Origin: Verrucomicrobiota bacterium
Lineage (GTDB): Bacteria; Verrucomicrobiota; Verrucomicrobiia; Limisphaerales; CANJXF01
Direction of reading: 5' to 3'
Length of the DNA stretch: 64,000 nt
Assembly (NCBI GenBank): GCA_038214755.1
Contig: JBBQRQ010000009.1
Location: 14,871 to 78,870, forward strand
The position numbers and the translations under genes were made by a program. The notes under the pieces were generated by a model. That model was not told the origin of the DNA, did not search any database, and was given only the letters and a program-made list of their open reading frames with translations. Shown here piece after piece: positions 44,961 through 54,081 of the stretch; within the stretch, counting starts at the first letter, position 1; each line of letters opens with the position of its first letter.

Positions 44961-47847
44961 TTTTCAGCACTTTTCGCAAAAAACGTCCGGTATGCGATCG
45001 CCGGTTGGCCGCGATTTCTTCGGGCGTCCCTTGCGCCACAATCTCTCCGCCCGCCGTGCCGCCTTCCGGCCCGAGATCGATTACCCAATCGGCTTCCGCA
45101 ATCAAATCCAGATTGTGTTCAATCACGATGACGGAATGGCCGGAATCGACGAGGCGCTGCAAAACCTCCACGAGCTTCCGCACGTCGGCCATGTGGAGAC
45201 CAATCGTCGGTTCTTCGAGAATAAAAATGGATGAACCTGGCTTGCGCGTCTCTCTTGCTAATTCCAGTTCCGCTTGTTTTTTGGTTTGAATTTTCGCGTC
45301 GAGCTTTTGATTTCTAAAACCGGAGAGCAAATGCGTGACAAGTTTCATCCGCTGCGCCTCACCGCCGCTCAACGTCGGACTGGTTTGCCCGAGCTTGATG
45401 TAATCGAGTCCAGTATCGCGCAACGCTTCCAGGGGGCGGCGAATTCGCGTTTGCGCCGCAAAAAAATCAATCGCTTCCGCCACGCTGAGATCGAGAATTT
45501 GCGCAATATTTTTCCCGGCAAACTCGACATCCAAAGTTTCTCGGTTGAAGCGACAGCCACCGCACGTTTCGCAACGCACAAACGCTGGCGGTAAAAAATT
45601 CATTTCCAGTTTGATCGTGCCCGCGCCCTCGCATTCGGGGCAGCGGCCTTGCGCGCTGTTGAAAGAAAATCGGCTCGCGGAATAGCCGCGCATCCGCGCT
45701 TCCGGCATTTGCGCGAACAGTTGGCGGATGTCATCGAAGAAACCGACATAGGTCGCAGGAATCGAACGCGGTGTCCGCCCAATCGGCGCTTGATCCACTT
45801 CGTAAACGGATTGGATGGATTCAAATCCGCGCAACTTCATGTTTTGCAAAGCAGGAGAATCCGCTGCGGAAGTTTTTTCGGCATTGTTTTTTTTTGATCT
45901 CACTTTGGCTTGAAGCATCGGCAATAAACATTCGCGCACCAACGTGCTTTTGCCCGAGCCGCTCACGCCGGTGACGACGACAAATCGATTGAGCGGAAAA
46001 CTCACGGAAAGATTTTTTAGATTGTGCACCGAAGCGTTTTGAAGCGTGAGCCAATAATTCGTAGCAGCCGAGGTGACGAGGCTCTGACTTTTTCCCCCAC
46101 CAATTTTTTTTGAAGTGAGCCTCCTCACGTCGGCTCCTACAGAAACAGGCCGCCGTTTTCCCGAATGAGGGAAACATTTTTTCTCGCGCAAACAAGAGCC
46201 TGTGATCGAATCGCGATGGCGCATCAATTCTTTCAACGTGCCCGTTGCCACAATTTCTCCGCCGTGAACTCCCGCGCCGGGACCGAGATCAATCACGTGA
46301 TCGGCGTGACGCATCGTCTCTTCATCATGCTCGACCACGACAAGCGAATTGCCGCGCGATTTCAGAATCTCCAGCGCGGAAAGAAGTTGTTCGTTGTCGC
46401 GGGCGTGCAGACCAATCGTCGGCTCGTCAAGAATGTAAAGCACCCCGCTAAGGTTTGAACCGAGTTGCGCCGCGAGGCGAATGCGTTGTGCTTCACCGCC
46501 GGACAAAGTCGTCGCGCCGCGCCCAAGTTGCAGATAACCCAAGCCGACTTCGCAAAGAAATTTCAGGCGCTCGCGAATCTCCGGCAAAATATCGCGGGCG
46601 ATTTCCTTGTCGCGCCCTTTGAATTTCAACGTGCAAAAGAATTTTAGCGCGCTATCCACGGAAGCGTTACCGATGTCGATGATCGTAGGGGAGGCTTCCA
46701 GCCTGCCCTTTTTGGGGGCTGCGTGATTTGTGCTCATGGAAGGAATGGGCAGGCTGGAAGCCTGCCCTACGTTTAACCGCACCGTTCGCGCCACGGGATT
46801 CAACCTGGCCCCATTGCACTCAGGGCAAATCTCTCGTTTGCCTTCCTGCCATTCAAACCATGATTCCTCGATGGCGTCGGCGCGCGCGCCTCGCTCGACC
46901 TCCGGCAAATAAAAAAGTTCGCCGAAGCCGCGACACTTCGGACACCAGCCTTGCGAAGAATTGTAGCTAAAATTTTTCGGGTCCAGTTTCTCGAAGGATT
47001 GTCCGCACCCGGGACAAGCACGATGAATCGAGTGGATGGAAACTTTCTGATCGTTCGAGAGGGCGAACAAAGTCCCGTTTCCGAGACGCAATGCTTCGTC
47101 GATCAACTGTTGCGCAGTTTTGGAAAGGGGGGCAGAAGACTTGCCTATTTTTCGGAGGGGCAGGGGAGACGCCTGCCCTACTTTTTTATCGAGGATGCCG
47201 ACGACGATTTCTACGTCGTGCTCGCGGAAACGATCCAACCGAAGGCGTTCGCTGGTGGAATAGATTTTTCCATCCGCGCGCACTTCGGCATAGCCATGTT
47301 TGGCCGCCCAGGCAGCAACATCGGTGTGAAAACCTTTTCGGTTTTTCACGACCGGGGCGAGCAGCAGCAAATCGCCGCGCCGCTTCATTTCCTCGCGGAG
47401 TTTTTTTCCAAGTTGATCGCGGGTTTGCGCTTCGACCGGCAAATCGCAGTCGGGACAATATTGCGTTCCGAGCCGCGCGAAGAGCAGTCGAATGAAATGA
47501 TAAATTTCCGTGACGGTCGCGACGGTGCTTTTTCCGCCGCCGCGCGAATTGCGTTGTTCGATGCTGACGGTCGGAGGAATGCCCGTGATCAAATCCACTT
47601 CCGGCCGCGAAAGTTGCTCGACGAATTGACGAACATAAACGTTCATCGAATCCAGGAAACGCCGTTGGCCTTCGGCAAATAAAATGTCGAAAGCCAATGT
47701 GCTTTTGCCCGAGCCGCTGACGCCAGTGATGACAACGAATTGATTTCGCGGAATCGAGACGGACAAATTTTTCAGATTGTGTTCGCGCGCGCCGTGAATG
47801 CGAATGGCGTTGTCGGAGGCCGCGAGAATTTTTCGTCCATTAATCAC
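44953..47847 (-). CDS. uvrA: UvrA-family ABC ATPase (C-terminal half of a double-type UvrA)
   Basis: GAREHNLKN, two GVSGSGKST Walker A motifs, LSGGEAQR, CxxC zinc modules; carries in-frame REP insertions. Confidence 0.92.
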   Translation of the reverse strand: MINGRKILAASDNAIRIHGAREHNLKNLSVSIPRNQFVVITGVSGSGKSTLAFDILFAEGQRRFLDSMNVYVRQFVEQLSRPEVDLITGIPPTVSIEQRNSRGGGKSTVATVTEIYHFIRLLFARLGTQYCPDCDLPVEAQTRDQLGKKLREEMKRRGDLLLLAPVVKNRKGFHTDVAAWAAKHGYAEVRADGKIYSTSERLRLDRFREHDVEIVVGILDKKVGQASPLPLRKIGKSSAPLSKTAQQLIDEALRLGNGTLFALSNDQKVSIHSIHRACPGCGQSFEKLDPKNFSYNSSQGWCPKCRGFGELFYLPEVERGARADAIEESWFEWQEGKREICPECNGARLNPVARTVRLNVGQASSLPIPSMSTNHAAPKKGRLEASPTIIDIGNASVDSALKFFCTLKFKGRDKEIARDILPEIRERLKFLCEVGLGYLQLGRGATTLSGGEAQRIRLAAQLGSNLSGVLYILDEPTIGLHARDNEQLLSALEILKSRGNSLVVVEHDEETMRHADHVIDLGPGAGVHGGEIVATGTLKELMRHRDSITGSCLREKKCFPHSGKRRPVSVGADVRRLTSKKIGGGKSQSLVTSAATNYWLTLQNASVHNLKNLSVSFPLNRFVVVTGVSGSGKSTLVRECLLPMLQAKVRSKKNNAEKTSAADSPALQNMKLRGFESIQSVYEVDQAPIGRTPRSIPATYVGFFDDIRQLFAQMPEARMRGYSASRFSFNSAQGRCPECEGAGTIKLEMNFLPPAFVRCETCGGCRFNRETLDVEFAGKNIAQILDLSVAEAIDFFAAQTRIRRPLEALRDTGLDYIKLGQTSPTLSGGEAQRMKLVTHLLSGFRNQKLDAKIQTKKQAELELARETRKPGSSIFILEEPTIGLHMADVRKLVEVLQRLVDSGHSVIVIEHNLDLIAEADWVIDLGPEGGTAGGEIVAQGTPEEIAANRRSHTGRFLRKVLKNV

Positions 47848-47972
47848 CGGAAACTCTTAACATTCAAAAACGAATTCGCAAAATATCGCGCGAAAAAAAA
47901 AGCCGCTGAGAGCGAACACTCCCAGCGGCCAGATGTTTGCTACGCCCGACTTGGGCGCGGCACCCAACGCAG

Positions 47973-48131
47973 TTATATTTTTCCCAACAAAACCAGAATC
48001 ACGATGATGATCAGAATGGCACCGATTCCTCCGGTCGGCCCGTAGCCCCACGAGGAACTATATCCCCAAGTGGGAATGACTCCGAGGAGAATGAGTATCA
48101 ACAGAATGATTAGAATTGTTCCCAGTGACAT
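47973..48131 (-). CDS. DUF3309 family small membrane protein (52 aa, below the ORF-track cutoff)
   Basis: Manual translation MSLGTILIILLILILLGVIPTWGYSSSWGYGPTGGIGAILIIIVILVLLGKI*. Confidence 0.85.
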   Translation of the reverse strand: MSLGTILIILLILILLGVIPTWGYSSSWGYGPTGGIGAILIIIVILVLLGKI

Positions 48132-48166
48132 AATTGTTCCTTTCGAAAAACCGAATGACGGACGAT

Positions 48167-48487
48167 TTATTTTACAACCAAATCGTTTTTAACGGACTTC
48201 ACGCCATTGACACTGCGCGCGATTTCGGCGGCGCGATTTTTCTGAGACATTGTATCCACGAAGCCACTCAACTGGACGCGACCGTTGTAACTTTCCACTT
48301 TGACGGCGAGGCCTTTGACATCTGGGTCGCCCAGAAGGTCGGCTTTGACTTTGGCGGTGACAGATTTGTCATCGATATAGGCTCCCGTGCTCCGATGGGT
48401 GCGATCTCCCGCGCAGCCGCTGTTGAAAACGGCGATACCCAATCCCAAACAAACTACCAAACTGACGCTGGTTAATAATTTTTTCAT
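48167..48487 (-). CDS. BON-domain (OsmY-like) lipoprotein
   Basis: Lipobox-like NSGC; IDD..VTAKVKA.L......V....G.VQLSGFV...A..IAR.V.GVKSVKNDL. Confidence 0.9.
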   Translation of the reverse strand: MKKLLTSVSLVVCLGLGIAVFNSGCAGDRTHRSTGAYIDDKSVTAKVKADLLGDPDVKGLAVKVESYNGRVQLSGFVDTMSQKNRAAEIARSVNGVKSVKNDLVVK

Positions 48488-48666
48488 ATTTTTTTCTACT
48501 GCGGCTGCTCTTTTTTTCCTGAAAAAATTTTTGAAAATATTGGCGCGGCCTGCAATCAGGGCGCGCCTGTTTGGTTTCGACTAGAAAGTAACGGAGGTGA
48601 AGTGAGGGATTCCTCGACCCGCGGGAGCATCGCAATTTCTTATAAAATGATCGAACGCCGATTAAA

Positions 48667-48737
48667 GGAACGCCGATCTCCAGATCGGCATTGGAACAAG
48701 CTATTTTTCCGCGAGCCGATCAGGAGATCGGCGTTCC
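48667..48737. repeat. Inverted REP pair, family GGAACGCCGATCTCC
   Basis: GGAACGCCGATCTCCAGATCGGC ... GCCGATCAGGAGATCGGCGTTCC; related pair at 63755-63855. Confidence 0.8.
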
Positions 48738-48749
48738 GTTGCCTTGCCG

Positions 48750-51700
48750 TTACTCGCCCATCGGCGCGAAGGCGCGCAGGGCGTGACCCGTATGACTTTC
48801 GGCGTGCGCGGCGATGGATTCCGGCGTGCCGACGGCCACGATTTTTCCTCCGTCAACGCCGGCTTCCGGTCCCAGATCGATGGCCCAGTCCGCCGATTTT
48901 ATCACATCCAGATTATGTTCGATGACGACGACGGAATGACCGGCATCGACGAGGCGTTGGAAAACTTTCAGCAGCACCCGCACGTCATGAAAGTGCAAAC
49001 CGGTCGTCGGCTCGTCGAAGAGAAACAACGTCGGTTTTTTTTGTCCGCTTTCCGCAACGTTGGCTTCGGCCAAATGACTGACCAATTTCAGGCGTTGGCT
49101 TTCCCCGCCCGAGAGCGTGTTGATCGGCTGGCCGAGACGCAGATAACCCAAGCCCACTTCCTGAAGCAGCCGCAAACGTTCAACGCCGCGTTGGGCGTGG
49201 CGTGATTGGGAAAAGTCTTCCAAAAAGGCAATCGTTTCATCGACCGTCGCTTCCAACAGATCGGCGATGCTCCAGCCTGAAGTTGAGAGTTGAGAGGTGA
49301 GGGTTGAGCGGCGGAATAACTTTGAACTTTGAACCTTAAACTTTGAACTCAACCTGATTTCCAAAATGTGCGGGCGATAACGGCGGCCATTGCATTCCGG
49401 GCAGCGAATAAAAATGTCACTGAGAAATTGCATTTCAATTTTTTCAAAGCCCGCGCCCCGACATTTTTCGCATTGGCCTTGTGCGGAATTAAAACTGAAG
49501 GCGCTCGCGTTCAGACCGCGTTGGTTGGCCAAGTCCGTTTGCGCAAAGAGTTCGCGAATCTCGTCGAAGGCGCCGATGTAAACCGCCGGGTTGGAGCGTG
49601 GGGTTTTTCCCAGAGGCGATTGATCCACCAAAACGACGCGCCCCAAATTTTCCCACCCAGAGAGTTGGATTTTGGAATTCGGATTTGGGATTTCGGAATT
49701 TTCCTGGTCCTCCTCCGCCTGAATTTTGTCTCCGATCTGCTCTTTCTTGAAATTCGTCTCGAGAGCGGGCAACAAAACATCGCGAACCAACGTCGTTTTT
49801 CCAGAGCCGCTCACGCCGGTGATGCAGACAAAGCGGGTGAGCGGAATCTCGACAGAAATGTTTTTTAAATTGTGCGTCGATGCGTTGCGCAAAACCAGTG
49901 TGCTGCCGACATTCTGTCGGCAGTTCGCGAGTGGGGTTGATAAGTTTTCTGCCGACAGAATGGCGGCAGCACTTTGAACCTTGCGCCGTTGTGGGATTTT
50001 AATTTTCTTTTTCCCGCTTAGATATTTTCCCGTCAGCGAAGTTTTTGATTTTAGGATTTCACGAAATGTTCCTTGAAAAACCAGTTCGCCGCCCGCTGCG
50101 CCGTGACCGGGGCCGAGATCGACAATTTGATCAGCGGCGCGCATCACGCTGCTCTCGTGCTCCACAACGACGACGGTATTTCCCGAATCGCGAAGACGCT
50201 GAAGAATTTTTATGAGACGCTCCGTGTCGCGCGCGTGCAAGCCGACGCTCGGTTCGTCGAGGACAAAAAGCGTGTTGACCAAACCGGAGCCTAGACACGT
50301 GGTGAGATTGACGCGCTCGGTCTCACCGCCGGAAAGTGTGCGCGTGGCGCGATCCAAAGTGAGATAGCCCAAGCCAACTTCATCGAGAAATCTGAGGCGC
50401 GATTGCACCTCGTTCATCGCGAGAACGAGTGGGTCGGTCGATTGGAAATTTTTGCGATGCGATTGAAGCGCTTCCACAAATTGCAATGCGTCTCGAATCG
50501 AGAGTTGGTAGAAATCGGCGATGTGGATTTGGGATTTACGATTGACGAGTGACGCGTCGTTGGGAACTTCGCTCGTAAATCGTGAATCCGAAATCGTAAA
50601 TCCCAAAGTGTTCGGTTGGAACCGTGTTCCGCCGCAATCCGCACAAGTTTTATATAAACGATAACGCGACAGCAAAACGCGGACATGCATTTTGTAAGCT
50701 TTGGATTCGAGCCAGCGGAAATAACCTTTGACGCCATACCACGCTCGAGGCCATTCGTGCGCGGAATCCTTTCCGTAACCGGGGTCGCCTTCGATGACCC
50801 AATCCTGAAATTGGCGCGGCAAATCTTTGAACGGAATATTCGTCGGAACTTTTCGCAGTTTGCAAAATTTCAGGAGGTCCTGCTGCGACTCCGCGCCTTG
50901 TCCGGTCTGCCACGGCCGCACCGCACCTTCGGCCAAAGTTTTCGCACGGTCTGGAATGGCGAGATCGTAATCAATCGCGATGGTGCGACCGAAGCCGCGA
51001 CAAGTCGGGCACGCTCCGAGCGGATGGTTGAAACTAAAAAGGGCAGGAGAAGGCTCGCGGTACTCGATGTCGCAATGCGCGCAGTGAAAACGGTTGGAGA
51101 AGAAACGCGGAACGGGGAATGCGGAACGCGGAATGACATCAACTTCGCGAATCGACAGTTTTCCTTTTCCAAAATGGTAGGCTTGCTCGCAGGCTTCGAC
51201 GAAGCGTTTGCGATTGGAGTCAATTAACTTCAAGCGATCCTGGACGACGGTGAGCGTGGTTGGTTTTAATTTCGACAACGCGTCGAGCGATTCATCAACG
51301 CGCAAAATTTCGTTGACCACCAACAATCGCTGATAGCCTTGTTTGGAAATCAGCGCCAACGATTCTTCGAGTGAAATTTTTTCGGAAAGTGGAATGTCGA
51401 ACGTAATGAGAATTTCATCGTAGCCGCCAATTTCATCGTAGCCGCCGACGTGAGGAGGCGGATGGATCGAACGCGTATCAGACCGCCTCCTCACGTCGGC
51501 GGCTACGATATTTTCCCAAATCATTCGCGGCGAATCTTTGCGCACGAGTTGTCCGCAATTTTTGCAATGGAGTTGCGCCAGATGCGGCCAGAGCAATTTC
51601 GCGTAGTCGCAAATTTCCGTCATCGTGCCGACAGTGGAGCGCGTGGTCTTGACGGTGTTGCGTTGTTCGATGGCGATGGCGGGGGGGATTCCTTCGATGC

Positions 51701-51941
51701 TGTCCACTTGCGGCTTGTCCATGCGGTCGAGGAACTGGCGGGCGTAGGGCGAAAAAGTTTCGACGTAACGTCGCTGCCCTTCGGCAAAAAGTGTGTCGAA
51801 CGCGAGGGAACTTTTTCCAGAGCCGCTCAAACCGGTGATGACAATCAATTTTCCGAGCGGCAGATCGAGGTCGAAATTTTTGAGATTGTTATGGCGCACA
51901 CCGCGAAGGCGAATGAATTTTGGCGCGGACTTTTTGAACAT
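48750..51941 (-). CDS. uvrA: UvrA-family ABC ATPase (N-terminal half of a double-type UvrA)
   Basis: GVRHNNLKN, GLSGSGKSSLAFDTLFAEGQRRYVE, LSGGETER, DEPSVGLH and a second ABC cassette; many in-frame repeat insertions; ATG at 51941 or GTG at 51962. Confidence 0.92.
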   Translation of the reverse strand: MFKKSAPKFIRLRGVRHNNLKNFDLDLPLGKLIVITGLSGSGKSSLAFDTLFAEGQRRYVETFSPYARQFLDRMDKPQVDSIEGIPPAIAIEQRNTVKTTRSTVGTMTEICDYAKLLWPHLAQLHCKNCGQLVRKDSPRMIWENIVAADVRRRSDTRSIHPPPHVGGYDEIGGYDEILITFDIPLSEKISLEESLALISKQGYQRLLVVNEILRVDESLDALSKLKPTTLTVVQDRLKLIDSNRKRFVEACEQAYHFGKGKLSIREVDVIPRSAFPVPRFFSNRFHCAHCDIEYREPSPALFSFNHPLGACPTCRGFGRTIAIDYDLAIPDRAKTLAEGAVRPWQTGQGAESQQDLLKFCKLRKVPTNIPFKDLPRQFQDWVIEGDPGYGKDSAHEWPRAWYGVKGYFRWLESKAYKMHVRVLLSRYRLYKTCADCGGTRFQPNTLGFTISDSRFTSEVPNDASLVNRKSQIHIADFYQLSIRDALQFVEALQSHRKNFQSTDPLVLAMNEVQSRLRFLDEVGLGYLTLDRATRTLSGGETERVNLTTCLGSGLVNTLFVLDEPSVGLHARDTERLIKILQRLRDSGNTVVVVEHESSVMRAADQIVDLGPGHGAAGGELVFQGTFREILKSKTSLTGKYLSGKKKIKIPQRRKVQSAAAILSAENLSTPLANCRQNVGSTLVLRNASTHNLKNISVEIPLTRFVCITGVSGSGKTTLVRDVLLPALETNFKKEQIGDKIQAEEDQENSEIPNPNSKIQLSGWENLGRVVLVDQSPLGKTPRSNPAVYIGAFDEIRELFAQTDLANQRGLNASAFSFNSAQGQCEKCRGAGFEKIEMQFLSDIFIRCPECNGRRYRPHILEIRLSSKFKVQSSKLFRRSTLTSQLSTSGWSIADLLEATVDETIAFLEDFSQSRHAQRGVERLRLLQEVGLGYLRLGQPINTLSGGESQRLKLVSHLAEANVAESGQKKPTLFLFDEPTTGLHFHDVRVLLKVFQRLVDAGHSVVVIEHNLDVIKSADWAIDLGPEAGVDGGKIVAVGTPESIAAHAESHTGHALRAFAPMGE

Positions 51942-52003
51942 GGCGGCGGAATGTAAATCCACGCGCGAAGAAGTTCAAATGAACGCCGGGTTCAAATGAA
52001 TGC

Positions 52004-52045
52004 GGGGTAGCATCTGCCTCCGGCGGGTGCGGCAGATGCTACCCC
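52004..52045. repeat. Fused REP hairpin GGGGTAGCATCTGCC...GGCAGATGCTACCCC
   Basis: Same family as 42963; perfect 15-bp stem. Confidence 0.85.
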
Positions 52046-52054
52046 TTCAGATTG

Positions 52055-53374
52055 CTACCCGCGAAATACGACGATCCGGTTTGTGTTCGTGCCTTTGGAA
52101 TTGTTATCCACGCCCCAGCAATTCGCTGTCTTGGTAAATTTCTGGTCGTTGATCAAAATCAGTTCGGGATTCAAACCGGCTGCGATGCCGCAGGGCAAAA
52201 TGGTTTCTTCCAGCTTTATTTTTCCGCCACGAATTTCGCCGACTTCAAACGCCACGTGACCGCCCGGTTTCAACACGCGGCGCAGTTCGCGAAAAACTTC
52301 CGTCATCGCAATTTGCCAATCTTCCAATTTGCGCGGCACGGTCAGCTTTACATTTTTCGCGTCGATACCGACAAACCAACAGCGCAGCCAGTTGTCGCCC
52401 GCATAATCGACCACATCGAGAAATGGCGGCGAAGTGACGACGAGCGAAACGGATTGATCAGGAATTTGCGGAGTGCTGGAAGATGGCTCCGTGAGAAGCA
52501 ATGCGCGCGAAAAATTTTTCTCCAAATTCTTCCGAGTCTTCGCGTCGCAATCGCTCAACAATATCCGGCTTTTTTTCAAAATGAGTTCCGCGACATTTCG
52601 CTGCGGTGGAATTTGATTTCGATCCAGATTTATTTTTTTCTGCGATCGCAAAGACACCGCCTGATTGGGCGGCAAAGTGTAAACGGAAAAAAATCCCGGG
52701 GAATGTCCGGTCAAACGATTGAGCGCGATCATGCGAATCCAATCGTCCACCGGATCAAGTTTTCCCTCGGCGACGCGCAGTAATAAATATTTTTTGAGCG
52801 AGAGAATTTGTTGAAGCGTTTCAGGATGATAAAACACGAGCAAATCTTCCGGCCATTCGTCGTGATCGGAAAAGTTGATTTCATTCAAGCGTTGAGCAAT
52901 TTGCGCAAGAGTCGGAGGACACAGACGCGGCCTGGTTAAAAAAGCGCTCAGCGGATTCACGTCACAACCGAATGGAATTCGTCCCAACAAAGCGGCTTCG
53001 ACCAAAGTGGTTCCTCGTCCCATAAACGGGTCGTAAACGATTTCGCCGGGCGCGGTGAGTCGCTCGATGAAGAAGCGGGGTAGTTGCGGTTTGAAACAAG
53101 CGCGGTAAGAAATTTCATGCAGCCGGCTCGCGGCGCGTTGTTTGGAAGTCCAGAATTCGTTGACGCAAGTTTGGACGCAAACGGATTCTCCGGTGAACGT
53201 CATCGCCGAAGTGACGATCCATTGCGTGGGTTCGCCAAATTGGCGGAAAGAATTTAGTTTGCGCGCCAACGCGTCTGACGAAAAGTTGCCGTCGGCAATT
53301 TTTTCCTCAGCTAAATCCGAAAAGGAAAGTTGAGTCACGCGACTATTTAGCAAGGCGAAAAGAGCACGAGTCAA
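52055..53374 (-). CDS. Orphan DNA amino-methyltransferase (N4-C/N6-A family)
   Basis: DPFMGRGTT (motif I) and VVTSPPF (motif IV), RVLKPGG; true start probably downstream of 53374. Confidence 0.85.
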   Translation of the reverse strand: MTRALFALLNSRVTQLSFSDLAEEKIADGNFSSDALARKLNSFRQFGEPTQWIVTSAMTFTGESVCVQTCVNEFWTSKQRAASRLHEISYRACFKPQLPRFFIERLTAPGEIVYDPFMGRGTTLVEAALLGRIPFGCDVNPLSAFLTRPRLCPPTLAQIAQRLNEINFSDHDEWPEDLLVFYHPETLQQILSLKKYLLLRVAEGKLDPVDDWIRMIALNRLTGHSPGFFSVYTLPPNQAVSLRSQKKINLDRNQIPPQRNVAELILKKSRILLSDCDAKTRKNLEKNFSRALLLTEPSSSTPQIPDQSVSLVVTSPPFLDVVDYAGDNWLRCWFVGIDAKNVKLTVPRKLEDWQIAMTEVFRELRRVLKPGGHVAFEVGEIRGGKIKLEETILPCGIAAGLNPELILINDQKFTKTANCWGVDNNSKGTNTNRIVVFRG

Positions 53375-53412
53375 ACGTCAAGAATCAATTCGCCAAAAAT
53401 AAAAAACGGAAC

Positions 53413-53441
53413 TTGCCAAGCAAAAGTTCGATGAATAGGCT
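53413..53441 (+). promoter_or_regulatory. Putative sigma70 promoter of the rpsP operon
   Basis: TTGCCA-17 bp-TAGGCT about 65 bp upstream of the rpsP ATG. Confidence 0.5.
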
Positions 53442-53506
53442 GCGCGCTCCTTTTGGAAAACCAAGAGCAAAAGCCGCGGGAAAATCAGCCGCAGATATTT
53501 AAATTT

Positions 53507-53773
53507 ATGTCCGTAAAAATTCGCATGAAACGCATCGGAACAAAAAACGTTCCGGTCTTCCGCATTGTCGTCGCCGATAGCCGCAGCCCGCGCGATGGAA
53601 AATTCATCGAGGAAATCGGCACGTATCAACCTCTGAAAAAAGGCGACAACTTTACCGTCGATTTGGAACGCGCCAATTATTGGGTGAGCAAAGGCGCGCA
53701 ACCGAGTGACACCGTCGCCAGCTTTTTGAAAAAAGCGGGTCGCGCCGCCGCGCCAGTCGTCCCAGCCGCTTAA
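53507..53773 (+). CDS. rpsP: 30S ribosomal protein S16
   Basis: MSVKIRMKRIG.K..P.FRIVVADSRSPRDGKFIEEIGTY.P. Confidence 0.97.
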   Translation: MSVKIRMKRIGTKNVPVFRIVVADSRSPRDGKFIEEIGTYQPLKKGDNFTVDLERANYWVSKGAQPSDTVASFLKKAGRAAAPVVPAA

Positions 53774-53784
53774 GATTTTTTGCC

Positions 53785-54027
53785 ATGCAAGCCTTCCTTG
53801 ATTTTGTGGTCAAAGGGCTGGTCAATCATCCCGAAGCGGTGACCGTTACACCCGTTGAGAAAAATGGGTTGACGGTTTACGAATTGCGCTTGCATCAGGA
53901 CGATATTGGCAAAGTGATTGGAAAACAGGGGATGACGATCAACGCCATTCGGTCCCTCTTGCTCGCTGGCAGTGCAAAAAAAGGTTTGCGTTGCACGATA
54001 GAAATCGTCGAGGAGAGACCGGCGTAA
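53785..54027 (+). CDS. khpA: KH-domain RNA-binding protein KhpA
   Basis: DIGKVIGKQG.TINAIR KH motif; conserved position after rpsP. Confidence 0.92.
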   Translation: MQAFLDFVVKGLVNHPEAVTVTPVEKNGLTVYELRLHQDDIGKVIGKQGMTINAIRSLLLAGSAKKGLRCTIEIVEERPA

Positions 54028-54032
54028 AATTT

Positions 54033-54057
54033 TGCAGCGGCGCGTCTATGACCGCCG
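54033..54057. repeat. Single REP copy (TGCAGCGGCGCGTCTATGACCGCCG)
   Basis: Near-identical to 54751-54775. Confidence 0.8.
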
Positions 54058-54081
54058 TTTCGCGGAGAAAGTTTTCCGGGC

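Noticed and set aside
46061..51509. UvrA insertions as inteins or introns
   Set aside because: They are short, lack Cys/Ser...His-Asn splice motifs and are explained by palindromes or heptamer arrays.
52055..53374. Complete type II restriction-modification system
   Set aside because: No cognate restriction endonuclease is adjacent; the neighbours are uvrA and rpsP.
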